A DNA stretch of 64,000 nucleotides from Squalus acanthias (lineage: Eukaryota): positions 1 to 64,000 of the forward strand of contig JASTWF010000036.1 in NCBI GenBank assembly GCA_030390025.1. Reading direction: 5' to 3'. Under the pieces are notes generated by a model that made no database searches, was not told the DNA's origin, and saw only the letters and a program-made list of their open reading frames with translations. Position numbers and translations under genes: made by a program. This document shows positions 35,479-47,629 of the stretch, piece by piece; within the stretch, counting starts at the first letter, position 1, and each line of letters begins with the position of its first letter.

Positions 35479-35838
35479 CCTTGTTAGCCCTGCTCAAATG
35501 CATCAACTTAAAGTCATTCCCTAATAAAAAGTGATCACTGGACAACCTCTTGGAGCCAGACCTCACCAGTTGGGTCATCGTAAACTGGCTGAGGGTAGAT
35601 CTCCTTTAGAACCAGTAATGTTATTACTCCCTTTGTTACGCAGTCATTGACAATGTCACAGCCGTGAGCAAGCGTGTTCTTGATGGGGAAACGCCAGACA
35701 GAAAGACGTGAGGGGTTTGGGAATTTAGGGAGCAGGGGGGTGGGGGGGCGGGGTAAATGGTGGGACTGTCCTATCAGAGGCCGCTTGCCGTCAGGAAGGA
35801 AGAGCAAGGGGGAATAACTAACTCCGCAGGTGACGTAC

Positions 35839-35923
35839 CGTACTGGACAGGTGCGACACGGCCTTGATGTGAAGCAGCTCCTCGAAAATCATCTCCAGGT
35901 CTTCCGCCGTCCTTTGCGATGGT
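35839..35923 (-). CDS. RAPGEF3: Epac1 exon [28 protein letters not shown]
   Basis: (CT)n-gacgcag acceptor, GTACGT donor; matches human [28 protein letters not shown]. Confidence 0.95.
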
Positions 35924-35965
35924 CTGCGTCAGGAGAGAGAGAGAGAGAGAGGGGGGAGAGAGAGA

Positions 35966-36165
35966 NNNNNNNNNNNNNNNNNNNNNNNNNNNNNNNNNNN
36001 NNNNNNNNNNNNNNNNNNNNNNNNNNNNNNNNNNNNNNNNNNNNNNNNNNNNNNNNNNNNNNNNNNNNNNNNNNNNNNNNNNNNNNNNNNNNNNNNNNNN
36101 NNNNNNNNNNNNNNNNNNNNNNNNNNNNNNNNNNNNNNNNNNNNNNNNNNNNNNNNNNNNNNNNN
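35966..36165. other. Assembly gap (200 N)
   Basis: N run. Confidence 1.
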
Positions 36166-36221
36166 CCACAACCTTCTGACACAGAGGCGAAGGTGCTACC
36201 CACTGAGCCAGGCCTCTCGAC

Positions 36222-39200
36222 ATATCTTAGGAGCATGAGGAGGCCATTCAGCCCCTCGAGCCTGTTCCCCCATTCAGTGAGATCACGGCTGATCTGCGAC
36301 CTAACTCCATAAACCCGCCTTTGCCCCGTATCCCTCAATACCTTTGGTTAACAGAAATCCATCAATCTCAGATTTAAAATTAACAATTGACCCCCAGCAT
36401 CAATTGCTGTTTGCGGAAGAGAGTTCCAAACTCCTACCAACACTTTGTGTGTAGAAGTGTTTCCTAACTTCACTCCTGAAAGGTCTGGCTCTAATTTTTA
36501 GACTATGTCCCCTAGTCCCAGAATCCCCAACCAGCGGAAATAGTTTCTCTCTCTCTACCCTGTCTGTTCCCCTTAATATCCTGAAAACTTCGATCAGATC
36601 ACCCCTTAACCTTCTAAATTCCAGGGAATACAACCCTAGTTTGTGTAATCTCTCCTCGTAACTTAACCCCTGGAGTCCGGGTATCATTCTGGTAAACCTA
36701 CGCTGCACTCCCTCCAAGGCCAATATATCCTTCCCTAAGGTGTGGGGCCCAGAACTGCTCACAGTGCTCCAGGTGTGGTCTAACCAGGGTTTTTGTAAAG
36801 CTGTAGCATAACTTCTACCCCCTTGTATTCTAGTCCTCTAGATATAAAGGCTAGGCGTCCCTCATCCCCTGGTACCAATCTGGTCAATCTCCTCTGCACT
36901 TTCTCCAAGGCCTTTGACATCCTTCCTAAAGTTGGACACAGTACTCCGGCTGTGGCCTAACCAGTGATTGATAAACCGTAAGGACACAAGAAATAGGAGC
37001 AGGAGTAGGCCATTCGGCCCCTCGAGCCTACTCCGCCATTCAATGCGATCATGGCTGATCATCCAAATTCAGTGCCCTGTCCCTGCTTTCTCCCCATATC
37101 CCTTGATCCCTTTAGCCTTAAGAAATATATTTAACTCCTTCTTGAATATATTTAATGAATTGGCCTCAACTCCCACTCTCTGGGTGAACAAATTCCTCCT
37201 CATCTCAGTCCTAAATGGCTTACCCCTTATCCTTAGACTGTGACCCCTGGTTCCGGACTCCCCCCCCCATCGGGAACATCCTTCCTGCATCTAGTCTGTC
37301 TAGTCCTGTTAGAATTTTATAAGTTTCAATGAGATCCCCTCTCATTCTTCTAAACTCCAGCGAGTATAAGCCCAATCGACCCAATCTCTCCTCGTACGTC
37401 ATTCCTGCCATCCCAGGTATCAGCCTGGTGAATCTTCGCTGCACTCCCTCCATGGCAAGAACATCCTTCCTCAGATAAGGCGACCAAAACTGCACACAGT
37501 ACTCAAGGTGTGGTCTCACCAAGGCCCTGTACAACTGCAGCAAGACATCCTTGCTCCTGTAATCGAATCCTCTCGCTACGAAGGCCAACATACCATTTGC
37601 CTTCTTAACCGCCTGCTGCACCTGCATGCTTACCTTCAGCGACTGGTGCACAAGGACACCCAGGTCTCGTTGGACTTCCCCTTTTCCCAATCTATCGGCC
37701 CCTCGAGCCTGCTCCGCCATTCAAAGAGACCATGGCTGATCTGATCTTGGCCTCAACTCCACTTTCCGCCCGCTCCCCATAACCCTTGACTCCCCTGTAG
37801 CTCTAATGTCTGTCTATCTCCGCCTTGAATATATTCAATGACTCCGCCTCCACAGCTCCCCGGGGTAGAGAATTCCAAAGATTCACGGCCCTCTGAGAGA
37901 AGAAATTCCTCCTCATCTCCGTCTGAAATGGCCGACCCCTTATCCTGAAACTATGCCCCCTCGTTCTAGATTCCCCCACGAGGGGAAACATCCTCTCTCA
38001 GCATCTACCCTGTCGAGCCCCCTCAGAATCTGATATGTTTCAATAACAGAAAATTTAGCAGAACTCCCTGGATTTTGTACCTCCATGCCTCCATTCATGA
38101 AGACACCATAAGAACATAAGAATTAGGAGCAGGAGCCGGCCATTCGGCCCCTCGAGCCTGCTCCGCCACTCAATAAGATCATGGCTGATCTTCGACCTCA
38201 ACTCCACTTTCCCGTCAGATCCCATATCCCTTGATTCCCCTAGAGTCCAAAAATCTATTGATCTCTGTCTTGAATATACTCAACGACTGAGCATCCACAG
38301 CCCTCTGGGGCAGAGAATTCCAAAGATTCACCACCCTCTGAGTGAATAAATTCCTTACCATAGAGGGATTGCAACGAAGGTTCGCCAGATTGATTCCTGG
38401 GATGGCGGGACTGTCGTACGAGAAGAGATTGAGTAAACTAGGCCTGTATTCTCTTGAATTCAGAAGAATGAGAGGGGATCTCATTGAAGCATCCAAAATT
38501 ATTACAGGGCTTGATAGGGTGGATGCTGGGAGAATGTTTCCCTTGGCTGGGGAGTCTAGAACCAGGGGCCACAGCCTCAAGATAAATGATAGGCCATTCA
38601 GGACTGAGATGAGGAGGAATTTCTTCACACAGAGGGTGGTGAATCTTTGGAATTCTCTACCCCAGAGGGCTGTGGAGGCTCAGTCATTGGGTATATTCAA
38701 AACAGAAGTGGATAGATTTCTGACTAGTGAGGACATCAAGGGATATGGCGATAGGGCCGGTGAATGGAGTTAGAGTCATAGAGTTATACAGCACAGAAAG
38801 AGGCCCTTCGGCCCATCGTGTCCGCACCGGCCATCAAACCCTGTCTATTCTAATCCCATTTTCCAGCACTTGGTCCGTAGCCTTGTATGCTATGGCGTTT
38901 CTAGTGCTCCTCTAAATGCTTCTTGAATGTTGTGAGGGTTCCTGCCTCTACCACCCTTTCAGGCAGTGAGTTCCAGATTCCAACCACCCTCTGGGTGAAA
39001 AGGTTTTTCCCTCAAATCCCCTCTAAACCTCCTGCCCCTTACCTTGAAACTATGCCCCCTGGTTATTGACCCCCTCTACTAAGGGGAAAAGTTCCTTTCT
39101 ATCTACCCTATCTATGCCCCTCATAATTTTGTACACCTCAATCAGGTCCCCCCCTCAGCCTTCTCTGCTCTAAGGAAAACAACCCCAGCCTGTCCAGTCT

Positions 39201-39900
39201 CTCTTCATAGCTGAAGCGCTCCAGCCCAGGTAACATCCTGGTGAATCTCCTCTGCACCCTCTCCAATGCAATCACATCCTTCCTATAGTGTGGCGACCAG
39301 AACTGCACACAGTATTCCAGCTGTGGCCTAACTAGCGCTTTGTACAGCTCCATCATAACCTCCCTGCTCTTATATTCTATTCCTCGGCTAATGAAGGCAA
39401 GTATGCCGTATGCCTTTTTAACCACCTTATCTACCTGTCCTGCTGCCTTTAGGGATCTATGTACATGCACACCAAGGTCCCTCTGATCCTCTGTCCTTCC
39501 TAGGGTCCTACCGTTCATCGTGTATTCCCTTGCCTTGTTAGTCCTCCCAAAATGCATCACCTCACACTTTTCAGGGTTGAGGCAGAAGATCAGCCATGAT
39601 CTCATGGAATGGCGGAGCAGGCTCGAAGGGCCGAATGGCCTACTCCTGCTCCTATCTTCTATGTTTCTTCTATGAAGAAATTCCTCCTCATCTCAGTCTT
39701 AAATGGCCGAACCCTTATCCTGAGACTGTGCCCCCTGGTTCTAGACTCCCCAGCCAGGGGGAAACAACCTCCCAGCATCCACCCTGTCAACCCCCCTTCA
39801 GAATCTGATACTTTTCAATGAGATCTCCTCTCATTCTTCTGAACTCCAGAGAGTATCGGCCCATTCTGCACAATCTCTCCTCGTAGGACAGACCCTCTCA
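36222..39900. mobile_element. Cluster of nested CR1 3' fragments on both strands
   Basis: Repeated CR1 ORF2 C-terminal peptides and tails. Confidence 0.88.
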
Positions 39901-40000
39901 GCCCTATTGCTTGGCTAGCGTAAATGGCTGTGAGGATACGGGTTTGCAAACCAGGCGAAGGTTATTGTTGGTAGTCGCACAACACCAGGTTATAGTCCAA

Positions 40001-40743
40001 GGGGGAAAAATTCAGCTGCTTGCGTCTCCCGTTAGCGCCTTAAGAGGGCGCTAATGGGGCGTAAAGCAGCTAACGCCCGGGCGCAGCGCCGCCCACGCCT
40101 CCCGTAAAATTCAGCGGGAGGTTAGCGGCGGCGCCAGCCGGTAGCGCCCTGTGGCGCTGCGCCGCCGGCGATGACGTCATCGCCGTGCGCAGCACCCCGC
40201 TCGCGCTCCAGCCGCGATCTTCAGTCGCGCCCCCTGATTTACCGCCAGACGCTATGTCCGACGGGTTCAGGGAGGCGTACGTGCGGCCGGGGCGGCGATA
40301 TTTAAAGGGGAGGTGGCAGGCCGCCATTTTTGTTGCTGGCCGCCTGCCAGCACCTGCCCCCGTTGCTGTCCCCGGCCCCCGTGAAGCCCCCCCACCGTGA
40401 AGTGCCGGCTGCGCTCCAAGAGCCCGGCACTTCTCTTGAGTGCCGGGCTCTTTTGCCGGCACTCCCGATCCCTGGGGGCCCAGCTGGGCCCCGGTTCGCG
40501 CTGCGCAGGGTCCCTCCCCTTTAAGAAGGGGAGGAAGGCCTGCAATACCGCGGCACGTAGCGCCAGGATATTCCCTCGCAGCGCCCCAAGAGGGATGCGG
40601 GGTGCTTCCAGTGGCGCCCCGCTTCCCTCTTGGGGCGCAACCACTGAAGTTCCGGCGCGGGGCCGCTAATTTTTTCGGGGCGCTAAAAGTCGCGCCCCGG
40701 CGAGGTTAGCGCCCCAAATGGGGCGCGACTGAATTTTTACCCC
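40001..40743. mobile_element. Harbinger/PIF-like MITE nested in the Penelope arm
   Basis: TIRs GGGGGAAAAATTCAG and CTGAATTTTTACCCC (14/15 match); 3-bp TSD CAA; host sequence resumes cleanly. Confidence 0.85.
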
Positions 40744-40761
40744 CAACAGTTTTATTTGAAA

Positions 40762-40799
40762 TCACAAGCTTTCGGAGCGGCTGCTCCTTCGTCAGGTGA
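40762..40799 (-). ncRNA. Minimal hammerhead ribozyme motif
   Basis: Identical to 7608-7645. Confidence 0.75.
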
Positions 40800-41787
40800 A
40801 GTGAAGGAATACGAATCGGCAAAGCATATATAGACAGAGAACAATGCCTATGCAGAGAACAATGCCAGACGACTACAGTTAATCTTTCTGACTGCCTTTT
40901 ATCACACCTGGGCAGAGAGACAATCAGGTCAGCCAGGAAGGCACCACATCAAAGACATAGCAAAATACTACTCAGACATTGAGGTGGGGTCACAGGGGGT
41001 CTAATGTGGCCGAGGCTGCAGTCTGTATGGAAAACCAAAAACTTTAAACTTTTTACTTTTTTAATAAAAAAAATAAAATAAAAAAAATAAAATTAAAGTA
41101 AAAAGTTTAAAGTTTTCGCTGTTATCCTGAAAGCTGGGTAATTTGCTGCGAACGATGGTACATTGCAGGAAAGCGTTGCAGGAAAGGATGCCCCGGAGCA
41201 TGGTACATCAGCGAGACCATGCAGACACTGAGACAACGTATGAACGGACACCGCACAACAATCGCCAGGCAGGATTGTTGTTACCTCCCAGTCAGGGAAC
41301 ACTTCAGCAGTCAAGGACATTCAGCCTCGGATCTGCGGGTTAGCGTTCTCCAAGGCGGCCTTCGAGACACACGACAACGCAAAATCATCGAGCAGAAACT
41401 GATAGCCAAGTTCCGCACCCATGAGGACGGCCTCAACCGGGATCTTGGGTTCATGTCACGCTACATGACGTAGAGTCATCCAGACTCGAGGCGTCATTGG
41501 CTTGTTCACAGATGTGATTTCCAGTAAAAAAAAGTAAAAAGTTTAAAGTTTATGGTTTTCCATACAGACTGCATTTGACACATTAGACCCCCTGTGACCC
41601 CACCTCATTGTCTCAGTTGTATCTTGCTATGTCTTTGATGTGGTGCCTTCCTGGCTGACCTGATTGTTTCTCTGCTGAGGTGTGACAAAAGGCAGTCAGG
41701 AGGATTAAATGTAGTCGTCTGAGATTGTACACTGCACAGGCAGTGTTCTCTGTCTATATATGCTGTGCCCATTTGTATTTCTTCACT

Positions 41788-41825
41788 TCACCTGACGAAG
41801 GAGCAGCCGCTCCGAAAGCTTGTGA
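41788..41825 (+). ncRNA. Minimal hammerhead ribozyme motif
   Basis: TCACCTGACGAAGGAGCAGCCGCTCCGAAAGCTTGTGA in the pLTR. Confidence 0.75.
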
Positions 41826-42149
41826 TTTCAAATAAAACTGTTGGGACTATAACCTGGTGTTGTGCGACTTCTCACTTTTGTCCACCCCAGTCCAACACCG
41901 GCAGCTCCGCATCAAGGTTATTGTTGGTCAACACTTGGCCAGTGCCAGGCCTCTGACAACCCGGCACCGATCACACTGCCGCGGCGAGAATTTTCTTACA
42001 ACACGACTTCCTGCCACAGTGTCCAAGAGAGGAGATTGTTTCAAAACAGTGGACGGAAACTACAGAGTGAGACTCGCACCTCGAATAAACACCAACCCCT
42101 GCTGCCAAGATCAGAAACGCGTTGGACTACCCGCCTCCTCCTCGGAGGG

Positions 42150-42797
42150 ACAGTGCTGAAGCAGCACCGCACTGTCGGAGGGGCGGTGCTGAGGGAGCGC
42201 CGCACTGTCGGAGGGGCAGTACTGAGGGAGCGTCGCACTGTTGGAGGGGCAGTACTGAGGGAGCGCCGCACTGTCGGAGGGGCAGTACTGAGGGAGCGCC
42301 GCACTGTCGGAGGGGCGGTACTGAGGGAGCGCCGCACTGTCGGAGGGGCAGTACTGAGGGAGGGCCGCACTGTCGGAGGGGCAGTACTGAGGGAGCGCTG
42401 CACTGTCGGAGGGGCGGTACTGAGGGAGCGCCGCACTGTCAGAGGGGCAGTACTGAGGGAGCGCCGCACTGTCGGAGGGGCGGTACTGAGGCAGCGCCGC
42501 ACTGTGGGAGGGGCGGTACTGAGGGAGCGCCGCACTGTCGGAGAGGCAGTACTGAGGGAGCGCCGCACTGTCGGAGAGGCAGTACTGAGGGAGCGCCGCA
42601 CTGGCGGAGGGGCAGTACTGAGGGAGCTCCGCACTGTCGGAGGGGCAGTACTGAGGGAGCGACGCACTGTCGGAGGGGCGGTACTGAGGGAGCTCCACAC
42701 TGTCGGAGGGGCAGTACTGAGGGAGCGCCGCACTGTCGGAGGGGCAGTACTGAGGGAGCGCCGCACTGTCGGAGGGGCAGTACTGAGGAGGGCCGCA
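42150..42797 (+). repeat. 33-bp minisatellite
   Basis: About 19 units. Confidence 0.95.
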
Positions 42798-44447
42798 CAT
42801 AAGAACATGAATTAGGAGCAGGAGTCGGCCGTACGGCCCCTCGAGCCTGCTCCGCCATTCAATAAGATCATGGTTGATCTTCTACCTCAACTCCACTTTC
42901 CCGCCCGATCCCCATATCCCTTGAGTCTTGAATATACTCAACGACTGAGCCTCCACAGCCCTCTGGGGTAGAGAATTCCAAAGATTCACAACCCTCTGAG
43001 TAAAGAAATTCCTCCTCATCTCAGTCCTAAATGGCCGACCCCTTATCCTGAGACTGTGACCCCTGGTTCGAGACTCTCCAGCCAGGGGGAAAACAGCCTC
43101 TCCTCATCTACCCTGCCAATCCCTTTCAGAATCTTACATGTTTCAATGAGATCATCTCTCATTCTTCTAAACTCTCGGGAATATCGGGCCATTCTACCCA
43201 GGTAACATTCTCGCCACAGAAGTGCGAGGCAATGACTATCTCCAACAAGCAAGCGTCTAAACACCACCCCTTGACATTCAATGGCATTACCATCGCTGAA
43301 TCCCCCACTATCAACATCCTGCAGGTCACCATTGACCAGAAACTTAACTGGACCAGCCACATAAATACTGTGGCAACAAGAGCAGGTCAGAGGCTGGGTA
43401 TTCTGTGGCGAGTGTCTCACCTCCTGACTCCCCCAAAGCCTTTCCACCATCTACAAGGCACAAGTCAGAACTGTGATGGAATACTCTCCACTTGCCTGGA
43501 TGAGTGCAGCTCCAGCAACACTCAAGAAGCTCGACACCATCCAGGACAAAGCAGCTCGCTTGATTGGCACCCCATCCACCACCTTAAACATTCACTTCCT
43601 CCACCACCGGCGCACCGTGGCTGCAGTGTGTACCATCTACAAGATGCACTGCAGCAACTCGCCAAGGCTCCTTCGGCAGCACCTCCCAAACCCGCGACCT
43701 CTACCACCTAGAAGGACAAGGGCAGCAGGCGCACGCGAACACCACCATCTCCAAGTTCCCCTCCCAAGTCACACACACCATCCCAACTTGGAAATATATC
43801 GGCCGTTCCTTCATCATCGCTGGGTCAAAATCCTGGAACTCCCTCCCTAACAGCACTGTGGGAGCACCTTCACCACACGGGACTGCAGCGGTTCAAGAAG
43901 GCGGCTCGCCACCACCTTCTCAAGGAGCGACTAGGGATGGGCAATAAATGCCGGCCTTGCCAGCGACGCCCACATCCCGTAAAAACGAATGTAAAAAAAT
44001 GAAATCTCTCCTCGTCGGACAATCCTCCCCAATCCCCGGGATCAATCTGGTGAACCGAGGCATGGTTCTAAGGCAAGTGCATCCTTCCCAGCCCGGAGTT
44101 GGATGTTGTCCAGCGTGTGTGTTCTGGGTTGCTAAGCGAGATTTGAAGAATACGACCCGTGGGAAGAAATTATTCTCTTCTTTTTGTAAATGAGACGGAG
44201 TCTCCTGGATTAATTCTGAGGTCCGCGCGTCTCCATTTCACCCAGAACATTTGCCAGCTGGACAGGAGCCAGAACTTAACCCCCGAGAGGATTGCGTGCA
44301 GTCCTGTCTATGAATCAGCTCCAGTCGCAACTACAGGATCGGGAGGCCGACTTTCGACTCCCGAGCTGAGTGCCATCGCAGTTCTCTCCCTGTCTAATCC
44401 CAATTTCCCTCTCGGTGCCCCTCATCATCAGCAACAACTCCCAGTTA

Positions 44448-45910
44448 TCCGGCGCCTTTAACGTAGTAAAACGTCCCAAGGTGCTTCACAGGAGCGATTA
44501 TCAAACAAAATTTGACACCGAGCCACATAAGGAGATATTAGGGACAGGTGACCAAAAGCTTGGTCAAAGAGGGAGGTTTTAAGGAGCGTCTTAAAAGAGG
44601 AGAGAGAGAGCGGCGGAGAGGTTTAGGGAGGGAATTCCAGAGCTCAGGGCCCAGGCGGCTGAAGGCACGGCCGCCAATGGTGGAGCAATGGAAATCAGGG
44701 GGGATGGACAAGAGGCCAGAATTGGAGGAGTGCAGAGATCGCAGAGGGTTGTAGGGGGCTGGAGGAGGTTACAGAGATAGGGAGGGTTGTAGGGGGCTGG
44801 AGGAGGTTACAGAGATAGGGAGGGTTGTAGGGGGCTGGAGGAGGTTACAGAGATAGGGAGGGTTGTAGGGGGCTGGAGGAGGTTACAGAGATAGGGAGGG
44901 TTGTAGGGGCTGGAGGAGGTTACAGAGATAGGGAGGGTTGTAGGGGGCTGGAGGAGGTTACAGAGATAGGGAGGGTTGTAGGGGGCTAGAGGAGGTTACA
45001 GAGATAGGGAGGGTTGTAGGGCTGGAGGAGGTTACAGAGATAGGGAGGGTTGTAGGGGGCTGGAGGAGGTTACAGAGATAGGGAGGGTTGTAGGGGCTGG
45101 AGGTGGTTACAGAGATAGGGAGGGTTGTAGGGGCTGGAGGAGGTTACAGAGATAGGGAGGGTTGTAGGGGGCTGGAAGAGGTTACAGAGATAGGGAGGGT
45201 TGTAGGGGGCTGGAGGAGGTTACAGGGATAGGGAGGGTTGTAGGGGGCTGGAGGAGGTTACAGAGATATGGAGGGTTGTAGGGGCTGGAGGAGGTTACAG
45301 AGATAGGGAGGTTTGTAGGGGGCTGGAGGAGGTTACAGAGATAGGGAGGGGGGCGAGGGGGCTGGAGGAGGTTACAGAGATAGGGAGGGTTGTAGGGGCT
45401 GGAGGAGGTTACAGAGATAGGGAGGGTTGTAGGGGGCTGGAGGAGGTTACAGAGACAGGGAGGGTTGTAGGGGGCTGGAGGAGGTTACAGAGATAGGGAA
45501 GGTTGTAGGGGGCTGGAGGAGGTTACAGAGATGGGGGGATGGTGGGCGAGGAGGCCATGGAGGGATTTGAAAACAAGGATGAGAATTTTAAAATCGAGAC
45601 GTTGCCGAACCGGAAGCCAATGCAGGTCAGCGAGCACAGTGGGGGGTGATGGGTGAACGGGACTCAGTGCGAGTTAGGACACGGGGGCAGCAGAGTTCTG
45701 GAGTTTACGGAGGGTGGAATGTGGAAGGCCGGCCAGGAGTGCGTTGGAATAGCCGAGTCTGGAGGTAACAAAGGGCAGGGATGAGGGTTTCAGCAGCGGA
45801 TGAGCTGAGGCAGGGGCGGAGACGGGCGATGTTAGGGAGGTGGGAATAGGCGGTCTTGGCGATGGAGAGGCTACGTCGTCGGAAGATCAGCTCGGGGTGA
45901 AATACGACGC
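44448..45910 (-). mobile_element. L2-type LINE with internal 37-38 bp array (about 44745-45535)
   Basis: Reverse complement of the 13180-14436 family. Confidence 0.85.
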
Positions 45911-46074
45911 CGATATACACCAGTAAAACTAATCTGCAGGACTTCCTGCCATCAACATTTTTTTGGTCACTTTTTTAACACCCCACCCATGTCAAAATTC
46001 ACTGTAAACAGCAATGTCAACATTACCCCATTCAATAACGCTATGTAAACTGTCACGGTGTAGTGGCGGGAATC

Positions 46075-46093
46075 TGGCCACCGGGGGGTGCTG
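46075..46093 (+). promoter_or_regulatory. Candidate CTCF site
   Basis: TGGCCACCGGGGGGTGCTG, 16/19 match to consensus TGGCCACCAGGGGGCGCTA, in non-repeat DNA. Confidence 0.45.
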
Positions 46094-46397
46094 CGGAGCG
46101 GGTTTCAGATATCTCTCTCTCCCCCCGCCAAGCCCATTGGCCATCTTGTACCTACCCAAGTTCCCAGGATAACGTTACGGGATCGTTGGTAGGGAGGAGA
46201 AACTGGACTCCAGGTAGCGACGCAACCCAAACACGGTCAACATCTGACATATTTATTTACTCGTCTGATAGCAGAGAGTTTTTCTCCAGCTATAACAAAG
46301 CCCTGCTGACACCACATCTGCTGTACCGCGCTCAGTTCTGGGCACTGCACCGTAGAAAGGAGATATTATGGGGCCGCAGGGACAGAGAGAACATCTG

Positions 46398-47285
46398 GGG
46401 GTAGAAATTAGGTCGCGCCCCATTTGGGGCGCAAATATCGTCTGGACGCAAATATTAGCGCCTGGCGCTAATTATCGGCACTGACTGGAAACTTCACTTT
46501 TACCGCCCCGGGAGGTGAGTGGAGCGCTAAAGCAGGCGCTGCACACCTGTCTTAAGGCGCAAAGGCCAAGGAGTGAGGCGCTAACTCAGAGCGCTGGCGA
46601 AGCTCATGTAATGTCAGTCAGCAATGGAACACACACACAATGGCACGGGCCAGTTCTTAAAGGGGATGGTTAATCTTGCTTTCCATCAACATCCTGTTCA
46701 TTGCAGCCTTGAATCTCGGCCTGGAGAGACTTGCACATCAAATGTGCTGGAAAGAACAATGGAGAGTACCAGGCAAAGAGCTCAGAGTGCAGCTCCCACA
46801 GTCTCTGCTAAATCGATACAAGGAATGGCAAATCAAAATGAACCTGCAAAGTGCTGCTCAGTACCCAAAACTCCTTCACACAACGTTGAATCTCTTCAGA
46901 AGTCTCTCCCTCTCTCTCTCAGAATGTGTAGTTCAAAAATGCCACCAACAATAAAAGACAGGAAGAGGCCCCCTTTAAATAGCGCCCCCCCCAGCCCCAC
47001 AGCGATTGATAGCGTTCCAGTCTTCTGGTCGTTGGATGCGCCAGGCGGTAAGGCAGGGGGCGCCACTCAATTTCTGCTCCGGGGCGCCACAAGGGTGTTG
47101 CACCATGGAATGACGTCACAATCTGCGCGCGCAGGTGGTCGCAGCGGTAAGTTTTAGCGCCGCTGCACAATCTCTAGTTAAGTTCCCGAGCGGCGCAAAC
47201 ATCGCTGCACCCGGGCGTTAGCGGCTTTGCGCCCCATTAGCGCCCTCTTAAGGCGCTAACGGGAGGTGCAACCAACTGAATTTTT
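46398..47285. mobile_element. Second Harbinger-like MITE, opposite orientation to 40001-40743, right TIR clipped
   Basis: Ends GGGGTAGAAATTAGGTCGCGCCCCATTTGGGGCGC and CTCTTAAGGCGCTAACGGGAG..CTGAATTTTT match the other copy; interior differs. Confidence 0.75.
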
Positions 47286-47629
47286 GTGCACAATTCTGGG
47301 TGCCGCACTTTCGGAAGGATGTCAAGGCATTGGAGAAGATGCGGAGGAGATTTACTAGAATGGTCCCAGGGGATGAGGGACTTCAGTTACAGGTAGCAGC
47401 CACATAGCAGCTGATATATTTCCAAGTCAGGAGGGTGCGTGTGGGACTCGGAGGGGAACTTGGAGGTGGCGGTGTTCCCATGCGCCTGCTGCCCTTGTCC
47501 TTCTAGGTGGAAGAGGTGGCGGGTTTGGGAGGTGCTGCCGAAGAAGCCTTGGCGAGTTGCTGCAGTGCATCTTGTAGATGGTACACACTGCAGCCGTGGT
47601 GCGCCGGTGGTGGAGGGAGTGAATGTTTC

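Larger units (their letters stand above)
1883..35923 (-). other. RAPGEF3: RAPGEF3 (Epac1) gene body, partial: 16 coding exons in window; 3' exons lie left of base 1 and 5'/DEP exons were not found
   Basis: Sixteen exons splice in frame (1651 nt) into a protein colinear with human Epac1 from the end of the DEP region to the CDC25 domain. YIIWRGSV (W as in Epac1, L in Epac2), [11 protein letters not shown] and PQMK favour RAPGEF3 over RAPGEF4. Confidence 0.9.
39973..41913 (+). mobile_element. 5'-truncated Penelope-like retroelement: inverted pLTR, GIY-YIG endonuclease remnant (about 41175-41473), pLTR; 15-bp TSD
   Basis: TSD AAGGTTATTGTTGGT at 39958-39972 and 41914-41928; peptide GCPGAWYISETMQTLRQRMNGHR...EHF...EQKLIAKF...GLN. 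Confidence 0.9.

Noticed and set aside
1883..35923. Assignment as RAPGEF4 or RAPGEF5
   Set aside because: Diagnostic residues (IIW.GS, IFEELL, RPDHS, PQMK, LNER) match RAPGEF3 better. A phylogeny would be decisive.
40070..40709. GC-rich ORFs or a host CpG-island promoter
   Set aside because: They lie wholly within a TIR/TSD-bounded MITE and give no recognisable protein.
42075..42125. Minus-strand ILAAGVGVYSR resembling the human Epac1 DEP segment ILALGLGVHSR
   Set aside because: There is a stop just upstream, similarity does not continue downstream, and there is no convincing acceptor; likely chance.
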